Shown: positions 20,029 through 28,632 of the stretch, one piece after another
Layout of the letters: every line of letters begins with the position of its first letter
Position numbering within the stretch: the first letter of the stretch is position 1
Origin: an uncultured Desulfovibrionaceae bacterium
Lineage (GTDB): Bacteria; Desulfobacterota; Desulfovibrionia; Desulfovibrionales; Desulfovibrionaceae
Direction: 5' to 3'
NCBI GenBank assembly: GCA_964368075.1
Contig: CAYJAD010000005.1
Coordinates: 2,755 to 66,754, forward strand
DNA length: 64,000 nt
Position numbers and translations under genes: made by a program
The notes under the pieces: generated by a model
What the model saw: only the letters and a program-made list of their open reading frames with translations
Told to the model about the DNA's origin: nothing
Databases searched by the model: none

Positions 20029-20532
20029 ATGATTCCTTTTAGAAGAAACAAAGGGCCGCTTATTGCGGAATCTTGTGATAGACCGGGCTTACGTCTTTTT
20101 GTTCTTGTGTGTCTTTTTGCCATGACCATGTCGGCTTTTTGGTGGAATTTTGAACGCCGTCTAGAAGATATTAAGCCCGCCGGCGATACTCACGCCATTA
20201 TGAATGAAGACCACGTGTTGTCCAAGGAACATTTGCCAAAATTGTATCAATGGCGTGAAAGCTTTAGTAAAACGTGGAATATTCCTTTACTGTTACAAGC
20301 TTCGCAAGGGGCATTGGTGTTACCACCTTATGCTATTAACACCCTCTATGTGGGGGTAGGTATGGCTCATCACGAAGCCGTGGTGGCGGTGCCTCCCTTG
20401 GTGCGTAAAGTTATGGGCGAAGGCGCGCGTTTACAAGCAGAAGAAGGTTTACGCCTTTGTTTACAAAAAGAAGCTGCTCATCTTTGTCTTAATAACACCT
20501 TACAAGCTATATGGGACGCTTTAGAACAATAA
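20029..20532 (+). CDS. Hypothetical membrane-anchored protein
   Basis: One N-terminal TM segment (LRLFVLVCLFAMTMSAFWW). The start is taken at the ATG at 20029, after the ribF stop. Confidence 0.5.
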   Translation: MIPFRRNKGPLIAESCDRPGLRLFVLVCLFAMTMSAFWWNFERRLEDIKPAGDTHAIMNEDHVLSKEHLPKLYQWRESFSKTWNIPLLLQASQGALVLPPYAINTLYVGVGMAHHEAVVAVPPLVRKVMGEGARLQAEEGLRLCLQKEAAHLCLNNTLQAIWDALEQ

Positions 20533-20536
20533 TAAT

Positions 20537-21013
20537 ATGAAACACGTGCATTTATATACAGACGGGTCTTGTTTAGGTAATCCCGGTCGTGGTGGCTGGG
20601 GATGTATTTTGCGTTTGGTAAAAACAGAGCAAGAAAAAGAATTTTCTGGCGGCTATGCTAAAACTACTAATAATCGTATGGAAATTATGGCTGTTTTAGA
20701 AGGCTTACGCCAATTAAAAGAACCTTGCCTTGTGGAAGTTTTTTCTGATTCTCAATACGTGTGCAATGCCATACAAAAAAAATGGCTGGCAGGTTGGCGC
20801 AAGAATAACTGGGTTAAAGCCGATAAAAAGCCTGTAAAGAATAAAGATTTGTGGGAAGCATTGTGGCCTCTTTTAATTCAACATCAAGTAACATTCCACT
20901 GGGTGCGCGGGCATGCTGGGCATGCAGAAAACGAACGCTGTGACGTGCTGGCAAAAGATGCCGCCATGTTGCCTGACTTACCGGAAGATAGTGGTTGGAA
21001 TATGCACGGCTAA
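20537..21013 (+). CDS. rnhA: Ribonuclease HI
   Basis: YTDGSCLGNPG, NNRMEIMA, SDSQY and HWVRGHAGHAENERCD motifs. Length is 158 aa. Confidence 0.94.
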   Translation: MKHVHLYTDGSCLGNPGRGGWGCILRLVKTEQEKEFSGGYAKTTNNRMEIMAVLEGLRQLKEPCLVEVFSDSQYVCNAIQKKWLAGWRKNNWVKADKKPVKNKDLWEALWPLLIQHQVTFHWVRGHAGHAENERCDVLAKDAAMLPDLPEDSGWNMHG

Positions 21014-21044
21014 TAGATTTTAGGAAAAGTGCTCTAAGATAGTT

Positions 21045-22004
21045 ATGGAACAAATACTAAGCCTTTGGGATTCGCTTTTTATGCCTTTGTGTCGCTTGCT
21101 GCTTGGCATATCCATAGGGCTTTTATTGGCCAATGCCTTAGAAGCTTTGCGCTGGACAAAATATCTTGCTACCTTGGCCGCTCCTCTTTCGCGTGTGGCA
21201 CATTTAAGCGATATTTCAGGCGCAGCATTTTCCATGGCCTTTGTGTCTTCCATGTCAGCCAACACTTTTTTAAGTGAAAATTACGAGCAAGGTAAACTTT
21301 CTAAGGGTGAAGTCATCCTTTCTAATCTTTTTAACAGCCTGCCTACTATTTTAACGCATACACCTACCATATTTTTTCTTTTGTGGCCTGTGCTTGGCTT
21401 TCCTACACTTATATACGTGGGGCTTACCTTATCAGCGGCCTTGTTGCGTACTTTTATTACAGTGCTTGTGGGAGCTTGCTTTTTGCCCAAACGTCCCCAT
21501 GGCTGTGTGCCTTGCCATCTGGACGATACTCCCTTCTCTTTAAGGCGTACACTGCAAAAAATGTGGAAAATGTTTCGTAAGCGCATGCTGAAGATATTTT
21601 ATTTTACTGTGCCCATATACATATTGATGTATATTTTACAGCAATATGGCGTGTTTCAAAGTATAGAAACTTGGCTGTCTGCACATGCATCGTGGTTTGT
21701 TTTTTTAGAGACGGAAGCCTTAGGCATTGTTGCCCTATATATGATGGCTGAACTTGGAGCGGCATTATCTGCAGCAAGTTTTGCTTTAAGTGACGGTTTG
21801 CTTAGTGAGCGATCAGTGGTGCTGGCTTTGCTGGTTGGTAATATACTGTCCACACCCATGCGCGGTATTAGGCATCAACTGCCTGCATATTCAGGCTTTT
21901 ATACACCTAAACTCGCCTTGCAATTGGTGCTAAGCAATCAAGGCTTTCGTGCTTTGAGCATGATTTTTGTGACAGCAGTATATTATTATATGACAGCTGG
22001 GTAA
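21045..22004 (+). CDS. Polytopic inner-membrane protein (possibly nucleoside-recognition/Gate-domain type)
   Basis: 319 aa with multiple TM segments. The family assignment is tentative. Confidence 0.4.
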   Translation: MEQILSLWDSLFMPLCRLLLGISIGLLLANALEALRWTKYLATLAAPLSRVAHLSDISGAAFSMAFVSSMSANTFLSENYEQGKLSKGEVILSNLFNSLPTILTHTPTIFFLLWPVLGFPTLIYVGLTLSAALLRTFITVLVGACFLPKRPHGCVPCHLDDTPFSLRRTLQKMWKMFRKRMLKIFYFTVPIYILMYILQQYGVFQSIETWLSAHASWFVFLETEALGIVALYMMAELGAALSAASFALSDGLLSERSVVLALLVGNILSTPMRGIRHQLPAYSGFYTPKLALQLVLSNQGFRALSMIFVTAVYYYMTAG

Positions 22005-22008
22005 AAAC

Positions 22009-22076
22009 CTTTTCTGGGAGCAACGGTTTCCCCCAGACCCTCTTCAAAACGCGCTTATTTTCCCCATCATAAAAAT
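22009..22076 (-). repeat. REP-like element copy (inverted orientation)
   Basis: The reverse complement reads gcgcgttttgaagagggtctgggggaaaccgttgctcccagaaaagg. Confidence 0.8.
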
Positions 22077-22123
22077 AGCATTATTATGACCTCTCATTTA
22101 ACAGAGACTAAATATTTATTCAC

Positions 22124-22206
22124 GGGCGCGTTTTGAGGGGATGGGGGGAGCTTGAGGGGGGAAGGGGTAGCTTTTTGGCGCTAGCAAAAGTGCCCCTTCC
22201 CCCCGC
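22124..22206 (+). repeat. REP-like element copy with four G-runs
   Basis: gggcgcgttttgaggggatggggggagcttgaggggggaaggggtagctttttggcgctagcaaaagtgccccttccccccgc. Confidence 0.8.
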
Positions 22207-22237
22207 AATAAATAAATCAGCACTTCCTAAAAATCAG

Positions 22238-23542
22238 TTATTGGCTTTTTTCTCTTTCTTTTAACATTTTCACAGCGCAAAATTTTCCGCACATGGCGCA
22301 AACATCTTCTTCCTTATGCGCTTGGCGACGCTGATGCAACATGGCAGGGTCTATAGCCGCAGCTGCCATACCATCCCAATCAAGATTGCGCCTTGCGGTG
22401 TTCATGGCAAGTTCCCTATCAAGGGCGCGCTTGGTGCCCAAGGCCACTTCTCCGGCATGGGCGGCCACACGCGAAGCCATAACACCAGCATGTACATCGG
22501 CGGCATCTGGCAAGGTAAGATGTTCTGCCGGAGTTAAATAACATAAAAAGTCTACACCGGCGCGCACGCCCAGGGCGCCGCCAATGGCTCCTGCTATATG
22601 ATCATAGCCGGGCGAGCTGTCTACCACTAATGGACCCAGCACATAAAGCGGTGCACCGTGGGTCAAACTCTTAATACCGCGAATTTGTGCTTCCACTTCT
22701 TGCAAAGGCACATGCCCAGGCCCTTCAATCATGCTTTGCACACCATACTCACGAGCGCGCAGAGCAAGACGCCCTAATGTAATCACTTCTTCCCACTGTG
22801 CGGCATCGCCTGCATCACAACCTGCACCTGGGCGTAAACCATCGCCAAGGGATAGGGTCACATTATAAGCAAGAGCTATTTCTAGCAATCTATCATAGTG
22901 AGTTAATAAAGGATTTTCGGCGTCATGTTCCAGCATCCAACGGGCTAGCATGGCACCGCCGCGTGAAACAATGCCCATAACTCTTCCGTCACCAAGGTCA
23001 TTTTTCGGTAAGTCTCCCCATGCCGCGCCACGACGAGTTAAGCCGCAATGCACGGTCATATAGTCTACGCCTTGCTGTGCTTGTTTTTTAATTTCCTCGA
23101 AGAGCATATCCACGGTCATGGATTTAATGGTTTTGTCGGCATCAAGCAATTTTTGCCCCACAGCGTACATGGGCACCGTGCCTATGGGAACGGAGCAATT
23201 TTGTAGCATGGCAAGACGCAAGCTGTCTAAATCGCCAGCTATGGAGAGATCCATAACCGTATCGGCACCGGCCGTTATGGCCACGCGCAGTTTTTCTGCT
23301 TCTGTGGTAGGACAATGTGATAAAGGCGAAGTACCAAGATTTGCATTCACTTTGATACGGGCAGGTTGTCCCACCACAATGGGCTTTACATTTGGATGTT
23401 TGGCATTACCCAAAAGAACCATGGTGCCAGCCTCTATGGCATGGCGGATAGACTCTTCAGAAAGCCCTTCGTCTAGTGCAATTTGCGGGAGAAAACGTTG
23501 TGCCATTTTGGCTAAGGCAGCATTTTTTTCAAAAATAGACAT
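22238..23542 (-). CDS. thiC: Phosphomethylpyrimidine synthase
   Basis: 434 aa with the C-terminal CAMCGKFCA Fe-S motif. A TPP riboswitch lies directly upstream. Confidence 0.95.
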   Translation of the reverse strand: MSIFEKNAALAKMAQRFLPQIALDEGLSEESIRHAIEAGTMVLLGNAKHPNVKPIVVGQPARIKVNANLGTSPLSHCPTTEAEKLRVAITAGADTVMDLSIAGDLDSLRLAMLQNCSVPIGTVPMYAVGQKLLDADKTIKSMTVDMLFEEIKKQAQQGVDYMTVHCGLTRRGAAWGDLPKNDLGDGRVMGIVSRGGAMLARWMLEHDAENPLLTHYDRLLEIALAYNVTLSLGDGLRPGAGCDAGDAAQWEEVITLGRLALRAREYGVQSMIEGPGHVPLQEVEAQIRGIKSLTHGAPLYVLGPLVVDSSPGYDHIAGAIGGALGVRAGVDFLCYLTPAEHLTLPDAADVHAGVMASRVAAHAGEVALGTKRALDRELAMNTARRNLDWDGMAAAAIDPAMLHQRRQAHKEEDVCAMCGKFCAVKMLKEREKSQ

Positions 23543-23640
23543 AATTTTTCCTTATTAGCTCGTCATTAAGCGCTTTTTTTATTGCGCTTATGTGAGCCGT
23601 ATACGGCTGTTTCAAAAATGCACGTGCCCATAAGGAAAAA

Positions 23641-23745
23641 ACAGCTTCCCTACGGCAGCATAATCTGCATCAGGTTCAAAGGGTTAGGGATTCATTCCCA
23701 TTCTCAGCTTTGTCTCTCACAAAGCACCCCTAGCGCGTATAGTCA
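23641..23745 (-). promoter_or_regulatory. TPP (THI-box) riboswitch controlling thiC
   Basis: The minus strand reads ggggtgc...gctgagaa...accctttgaacctgatgcagattatgctgccgtagggaagc. This contains the conserved CUGAGA and ACCUGAU..G.UAAU.C..CG.AGGGA elements. Confidence 0.9.
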
Positions 23746-23904
23746 TAGCTCAAGACAGTCTTGATGTAAATGAACTTTATGAATAAGGGCTTTTATTTTG
23801 TATGTTTTTTAATGCTGATGATTGTAATAATTAAAGCGCTTAAAGTCCCTCTTCTCATCTCAAGCATATAATCAATCAATGCTTCCCTAGGGAATATTTT
23901 GCCT

Positions 23905-23920
23905 TGGAATATTTTTTGCA
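23905..23920 (+). promoter_or_regulatory. Candidate sigma-54 promoter (TGGaat-N5-TTGCA)
   Basis: TTGGAATATTTTTTGCA has GG-N10-GC spacing and matches TGG and TTGCA of the TGGCAC-N5-TTGCA consensus. It lies 45 nt upstream of the ATG at 23965. Confidence 0.45.
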
Positions 23921-23964
23921 TAAAAAGAAACTGCTAGGAAATATTTTCACAAAGGATGTAAAAC

Positions 23965-24474
23965 ATGAATATTTCAAACGTATTTGATGTTAATAATGTT
24001 TATGGAATGAATGCCGTAGATAACGTGCAAACAGAAAAAGCCGCGACAGAGCAAAAAAACACTACTTCTGGAGATACAGTCTCTATATCTGCTGAAGCTC
24101 GTAACTTCTTTGCGCAAATGCAATCGGCCAGTGCAAATACTAGCACTGAAACAGTGTTAGAAAATAGCAATGGAGAGGCCATGGCTATTGAAGGTGCTGA
24201 AAGCCAAACTTTGGAAAGCAATTCTGTAGTTGCAAGTCAAGGCACTGAGGAACAAGGTGGTAATGGCGGCGGCAGCGGCGGCGGTGGCGGCGGCGGTAGC
24301 AGTGATGAAGAGTCTACCTCTGAAGAAAGCTTGCAAAGCGAAATTGCTTCTGTAACAGCTCGCTTAAGCCAAGCCAGAGCCAGTGCAGAAGAAAGCGGTG
24401 ATTCATCGCAAGTAAGTGCTTTGATGGCAGAGTTAGCCACTTTGGAAGCAGAGCTTAGTGCCCTTTCTGCATAA
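23965..24474 (+). CDS. Acidic hypothetical protein with a Gly run and a C-terminal coiled coil
   Basis: 169 aa. It contains GGNGGGSGGGGGGGS, encoded by GGY repeats at 24256-24300, and the C-terminal ALMAELATLEAELSALSA. No family is assigned. Confidence 0.55.
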   Translation: MNISNVFDVNNVYGMNAVDNVQTEKAATEQKNTTSGDTVSISAEARNFFAQMQSASANTSTETVLENSNGEAMAIEGAESQTLESNSVVASQGTEEQGGNGGGSGGGGGGGSSDEESTSEESLQSEIASVTARLSQARASAEESGDSSQVSALMAELATLEAELSALSA

Positions 24475-24573
24475 AAACATAGCCCCAAAAAATCTATTTT
24501 ACGCATGTACTGACTCTAGGGCGCTACCAGACAAATACATTTTTTGTGCAATGCATACGCCTTTAGCGGGCTG

Positions 24574-24617
24574 TTGAAAAAGTGTAAGATGCAATAAAGT
24601 AACTTACACTTTTTCAA
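24574..24617. terminator. Hairpin between convergent genes
   Basis: ttgaaaaagtgtaag / cttacactttttcaa, a 15-bp stem with A/T runs on both sides. Confidence 0.65.
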
Positions 24618-24670
24618 TGGGGCATTGCCCACTCAATCGAAGTAAAAAAACAAATAATTTTCATTTATTA

Positions 24671-26011
24671 CTAGTATTTATCAAAAATAGACCCTTTCCC
24701 CGCAAAGAATAATTTTTCGTGTAAGCGCGCCGCTGAGGCGTCTGTCATGCACGCAATATAATCACACAGTATACGCATTTGCGCTGCTTCTTCTTTTTCT
24801 GCATTGAAAGACTTTTTCACAGCAATGGGCAAAAGCATTTGGGGATTGGCAGCAAAAACATCAAAGAGCTCTACCACAATTTTACGTCCTCGAAATTCCA
24901 ACATCTGTAAGTTAGGTGAAGAAATAATCAAATCAAAAACCAAAGCACCCATAAGGTTTTGCAAAGCGGCTGCAGGTGCTTCAAAACGAGCTCGATAATT
25001 AATGAGGGGGCAAGGGCTGTCTATACCACTTTCTTCCACTAAGGTATGCGTAATAAGATAATGTACTAATTCACCTATGCGGGTTTTGCGTTTATATTCA
25101 GCCTTATGGAAAATGTCGTTGGCCACCTGTAAGGACGACAAGTCGCATGCGGCAAAAATATCTTCTTTTCCATGCACGTACTCTTCCCACATATCGCGTG
25201 TCAACATTCCCATGGCTATGGCATCTTCCAAGTCATGTAAACCATAAGAAATATCATCGGATAAATCCATAACAGAGGCATCTAATGACATATGCTGCGT
25301 TTTTCTATGCCCAGTGGTAGCATGAGCCACACAAAATGCCTCGCGAAAACTTCCCAAGGGTTCCATAACCCAATCCACCACATCTTGCTCAGTGTCATGA
25401 TAGCACTTGGGTGGCAATTGCGTTTTAGAATTAAAAAGCCAGCGCGGATGCGTTTCATTGTTGCCATAAAACTCCGCATTAACTAAGCTCGAGTAGGGGG
25501 CGGGATATTTTAACACCCCCAGCAAAAGACGCCGAGTAGCATTGAGGCCATACTGTTCGGTATAATGCTCTAAGCGTGAAAGAATACGTAAAGTTTGCCC
25601 ATTCCCTTCAAAGCCACCATATTTACGCATACAAAAATTTAATGCTGTCTCACCACCGTGCCCATAGGGAGGGTGTCCCAAATCGTGGGCTAGACATATG
25701 GCAGAAAGCAAACGCCCATCGGGCAAAGCCTCGGCTATGGGGCTATCTGCATGCCTTTTCACCAGAAATTTTATCATACCAGAGCTTACTTGTGCCACTT
25801 CCATGGAATGCGTTAAGCGGGTACGATAAAAATCACTTTGTCCAAGGTCTATAACTTGTGTTTTTGATTGCAAACGCCGAAAAGCCGCTGAGTGAATAAT
25901 ACGCGCATAATCTCTATCCCATGGGGAACGCACATCAAGAGCCCTTTCAGGCGGAGCCAAGCGCCGCTCTAACCAAGGCTTTTTCCAATCTTTTGACCAT
26001 GTGTTTTGCAT
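24671..26011 (-). CDS. dgt: dGTP triphosphohydrolase-like HD-domain protein
   Basis: THSMEVAQV and LAHDLGHPPYGHGGE HD motifs. Length is 446 aa. Confidence 0.88.
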   Translation of the reverse strand: MQNTWSKDWKKPWLERRLAPPERALDVRSPWDRDYARIIHSAAFRRLQSKTQVIDLGQSDFYRTRLTHSMEVAQVSSGMIKFLVKRHADSPIAEALPDGRLLSAICLAHDLGHPPYGHGGETALNFCMRKYGGFEGNGQTLRILSRLEHYTEQYGLNATRRLLLGVLKYPAPYSSLVNAEFYGNNETHPRWLFNSKTQLPPKCYHDTEQDVVDWVMEPLGSFREAFCVAHATTGHRKTQHMSLDASVMDLSDDISYGLHDLEDAIAMGMLTRDMWEEYVHGKEDIFAACDLSSLQVANDIFHKAEYKRKTRIGELVHYLITHTLVEESGIDSPCPLINYRARFEAPAAALQNLMGALVFDLIISSPNLQMLEFRGRKIVVELFDVFAANPQMLLPIAVKKSFNAEKEEAAQMRILCDYIACMTDASAARLHEKLFFAGKGSIFDKY

Positions 26012-26069
26012 AAAAAAACCTCATATGTCCTTTTGCATGCTACCAGTAGGCGAAAAAAATGCATATTTT

Positions 26070-26150
26070 CTTGAGGGGGTAAGGGAAACTTTTACCAAAG
26101 CCCAAAAGTTTCCCTTACCCTCTCAAACTCTCCCATCCCTTCAAAACGCT
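26070..26150 (-). repeat. REP-like element copy (inverted orientation)
   Basis: The reverse complement reads gcgttttgaagggatgggagagtttgagagggtaagggaaacttttgggctttggtaaaagtttcccttaccccctcaag. Confidence 0.8.
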
Positions 26151-26320
26151 TTAAGTATTCCAATATTAAATGTATATTTTTTTTAAAGACTCATGGAAAT
26201 TAAATTATTATTTTAATCAGCGTTTCCTTGAAAATTTGCCTTTTACTATCGTAGTAGACATGCTTGCCCTTTCCATGTAAAATGTCAAGATATTATATAG
26301 CATAGATTAGGGAAATTATT

Positions 26321-27694
26321 GTGAAAAATGAAATATATCCATCACGAATAGCCATCATAGGCGGAGGATTAGCCGGCTCCGAATGCGCACTAACTTTAGC
26401 AAGGTATGGCATATCCTCTTGTATTTTTGAACAAAAGCCAATGCATATGTCTCCGGCGCATCAATTACAAGACCTTGCAGAGCTTGTGTGTTCAAATTCC
26501 TTGCGTTCCAATGAGTTAGCCTCCGGTATTGGGCTTTTAAAGCAAGAGTTACGTGAGCTTAACAGTGCATTCATGGCCCATGCCGATGCTACCGCAGTAC
26601 CCGCTGGAAAGGCGCTTGCTGTAGACAGAGAGCTTTTTGCCAAGAGCATCACACAAGAAATAACAGAAAATCCACTCATTACGTTGCAGCGTGCTCAAAT
26701 ACAAAGCTTAGAAGATACCGCTTTGGAAGACTTTACTCATGTAATTTTAGCAGCTGGGCCATTAGCATCTGACAGCTTAGCAGCCTCCTTGGCGACCCAT
26801 GTACAAGAGCAAGGCGTGGCACAACTTTATTTTTACGACGCTATTGCCCCCATAATCAGTGCCGACTCTATTAATAGAGATATTGTATTTCGCGCTTCAC
26901 GGTATCAAGAGCCGGAAGAAGGGGAAATTTCTGGGGAATATCTTAACTGCCCGCTAGAAAAAGATGAGTATATTGCCTTTTATGAAGCTTTACTCAATGG
27001 CGAAAAAGTACAAGCCAAAGACTTTGAAAAAGAAATACATTTTGAAGGGTGTATGCCCATAGAAGCTTTAGCCGAACGCGGCATGCGCACATTAACCTTT
27101 GGCCCTCTAAAACCTGTAGGCTTTATAGACCCGCGCACAGGACGCCGCCCTTACGCCGTGATACAATTGCGTACAGAAAACCTTAACGAATCTATGTATA
27201 ACTTGGTGGGTTGTCAAACAAAGCTCACCTATGCGGCTCAAAAAGATATTTTCCGTAAAATACCAGGTTTAGAGCAGGCAGAATTTATTCGCTTTGGCTC
27301 CATGCATCGTAATACCTACGTCAATGCACCCAAGGTGCTAGATGAACATTTACGTTTACACGGTTGCACTGCAAAAAATATTCATTTGGCAGGACAAATT
27401 ACCGGTGTTGAAGGTTATGTGGAATCCGCGGCTTGTGGGCATTGGGTAGCATTGCTTCTTATAGCAGAGCTCCAAGGAAAAACTCTTCACACGCCACCGG
27501 TGCAAAGCGCTCTTGGGGCTTTGCTGCAACATTTGCGCACGCCGGTGAAAAAATTCCAGCCTTCCAATGCTCACTTTGGGCTTATGCCTGAACTGGGTGA
27601 GAGAGCGAAGAAAAAAGAACGTAAAGCTATATATAGCCAAAGAGCCAGAGAGCATTTTGCTACGTGGCTAGCTGAGCATAAAAAAAATTACTAG
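26321..27694 (+). CDS. trmFO: Folate-dependent tRNA (U54) methyltransferase TrmFO
   Basis: IIGGGLAGSECA FAD motif and AELVCSNSLRS. Length is 457 aa with a GTG start. Confidence 0.92.
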   Translation: MKNEIYPSRIAIIGGGLAGSECALTLARYGISSCIFEQKPMHMSPAHQLQDLAELVCSNSLRSNELASGIGLLKQELRELNSAFMAHADATAVPAGKALAVDRELFAKSITQEITENPLITLQRAQIQSLEDTALEDFTHVILAAGPLASDSLAASLATHVQEQGVAQLYFYDAIAPIISADSINRDIVFRASRYQEPEEGEISGEYLNCPLEKDEYIAFYEALLNGEKVQAKDFEKEIHFEGCMPIEALAERGMRTLTFGPLKPVGFIDPRTGRRPYAVIQLRTENLNESMYNLVGCQTKLTYAAQKDIFRKIPGLEQAEFIRFGSMHRNTYVNAPKVLDEHLRLHGCTAKNIHLAGQITGVEGYVESAACGHWVALLLIAELQGKTLHTPPVQSALGALLQHLRTPVKKFQPSNAHFGLMPELGERAKKKERKAIYSQRAREHFATWLAEHKKNY

Positions 27695-27744
27695 CCAGCA
27701 TGCTGAATGTAAAGAAGTGATGACTACTTTGTGCCCTTATCTCA

Positions 27745-27830
27745 GTACGGCACAATTTTTCAAAAAAGAAAATTTTATATTTTTATTAAGAAGGCATATG
27801 TAAAAAAATTGTGCAGAGGTTTTATTTTAG
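27745..27830 (+). repeat. ~85-bp AT-rich element with terminal inverted repeats, copy A
   Basis: It shares identical 23-nt and 29-nt blocks with the reverse complement of 48651-48732. Confidence 0.9.
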
Positions 27831-27847
27831 GGCTGTTTTTTTGGGGT

Positions 27848-27940
27848 AAAAAAAGAAGCTGAGCACCCGTAGCCACCGCTACCGCTGCTTCCTTTCGGAC
27901 CTGACGGAGTTAACGGTGCTTGCGCCGCTCAGCTTCGCTC
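27848..27940 (-). ncRNA. ffs: Signal recognition particle RNA (small/4.5S type)
   Basis: The minus strand contains gtcaggtccgaaaggaagcagcgg, the conserved domain IV motif. The closing helix is gaagctgagc/gctcagcttc. A T-run follows the 3' end and a promoter-like sequence lies just upstream. Confidence 0.85.
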
Positions 27941-27945
27941 ATTCC

Positions 27946-27972
27946 TATATACGGCCTTGCGCTCAGCGTCAA
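27946..27972 (-). promoter_or_regulatory. Sigma-70-like promoter for ffs
   Basis: The minus strand has TTGACG, then 15 nt, then TATATA, ending ~6-9 nt before the predicted RNA 5' end. Confidence 0.5.
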
Positions 27973-28242
27973 GCATGTTTTTGTCCCACTAAAGAATTTA
28001 AGGGGCTATATAAGTATTTTTAAATGAATTTTAAGCATAAATAAAGAAGACTTACGAGTAAAATGGACTGATTTAAAATCAATTATTCAACAAGGAAATA
28101 ATGTTACTCTCATTATAACTCAGCTTGCGCTGAATTATGAGATGCGTTCTAGTAGGCTGAATTTTAAGAACACGGTGTAACAAAATTCAGTTTCGCCCTT
28201 AAAAAGCAATGTATATAACAACAAATAAAGGAGATGCAATTT

Positions 28243-28500
28243 ATGGAAACTTTTAACTATGTCATTAAAGATAAACAGGGCATACATGCCCGCCCTGCCG
28301 GTATGTTTGTAAAAGAATTACAACAGTTTTCTTGCAATATATCCATTCAAAAAGGTGAAAAAAAGGTCGATGGTAAAAAGTTGTTTGCACTTATGAGCCT
28401 TGGTTGTAAACAAGGGGATGAAATTACCTTTACCGCAGAAGGTGACGATGCCGCCGCCGCTTGTGCTTTGGCCAAAGACTTTTTAGAAAAGAACCTATAA
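28243..28500 (+). CDS. ptsH: Phosphocarrier protein HPr
   Basis: GIHARPAG with the His-15 context. Length is 85 aa from the ATG at 28243. Confidence 0.9.
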   Translation: METFNYVIKDKQGIHARPAGMFVKELQQFSCNISIQKGEKKVDGKKLFALMSLGCKQGDEITFTAEGDDAAAACALAKDFLEKNL

Positions 28501-28632
28501 ATTCATTTATTCTTCTAAAGGAAAAGCCTAAGTAATCAGCTTTTCCTTTAGAGAGAAAACGTTTTCTCAAGCCCTTAACAGCCGTTGAAAAAATTGTTTC
28601 AAAAATTTTTTTTAGAACGCGCCAAAAAAAAC

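Noticed and set aside
24256-24300. GGC/GGT trinucleotide repeat as a contingency (slipped-strand) locus.
   Set aside because: The repeat unit is 3 nt, so slippage changes the Gly-run length but not the reading frame. There is no on/off switching potential.
23965-24474. Calling this ORF the anti-sigma-28 factor FlgM.
   Set aside because: Only a short SISAEA-type segment resembles FlgM. The conserved C-terminal sigma-28-binding helices are not recognisable, and no flagellar genes are adjacent.
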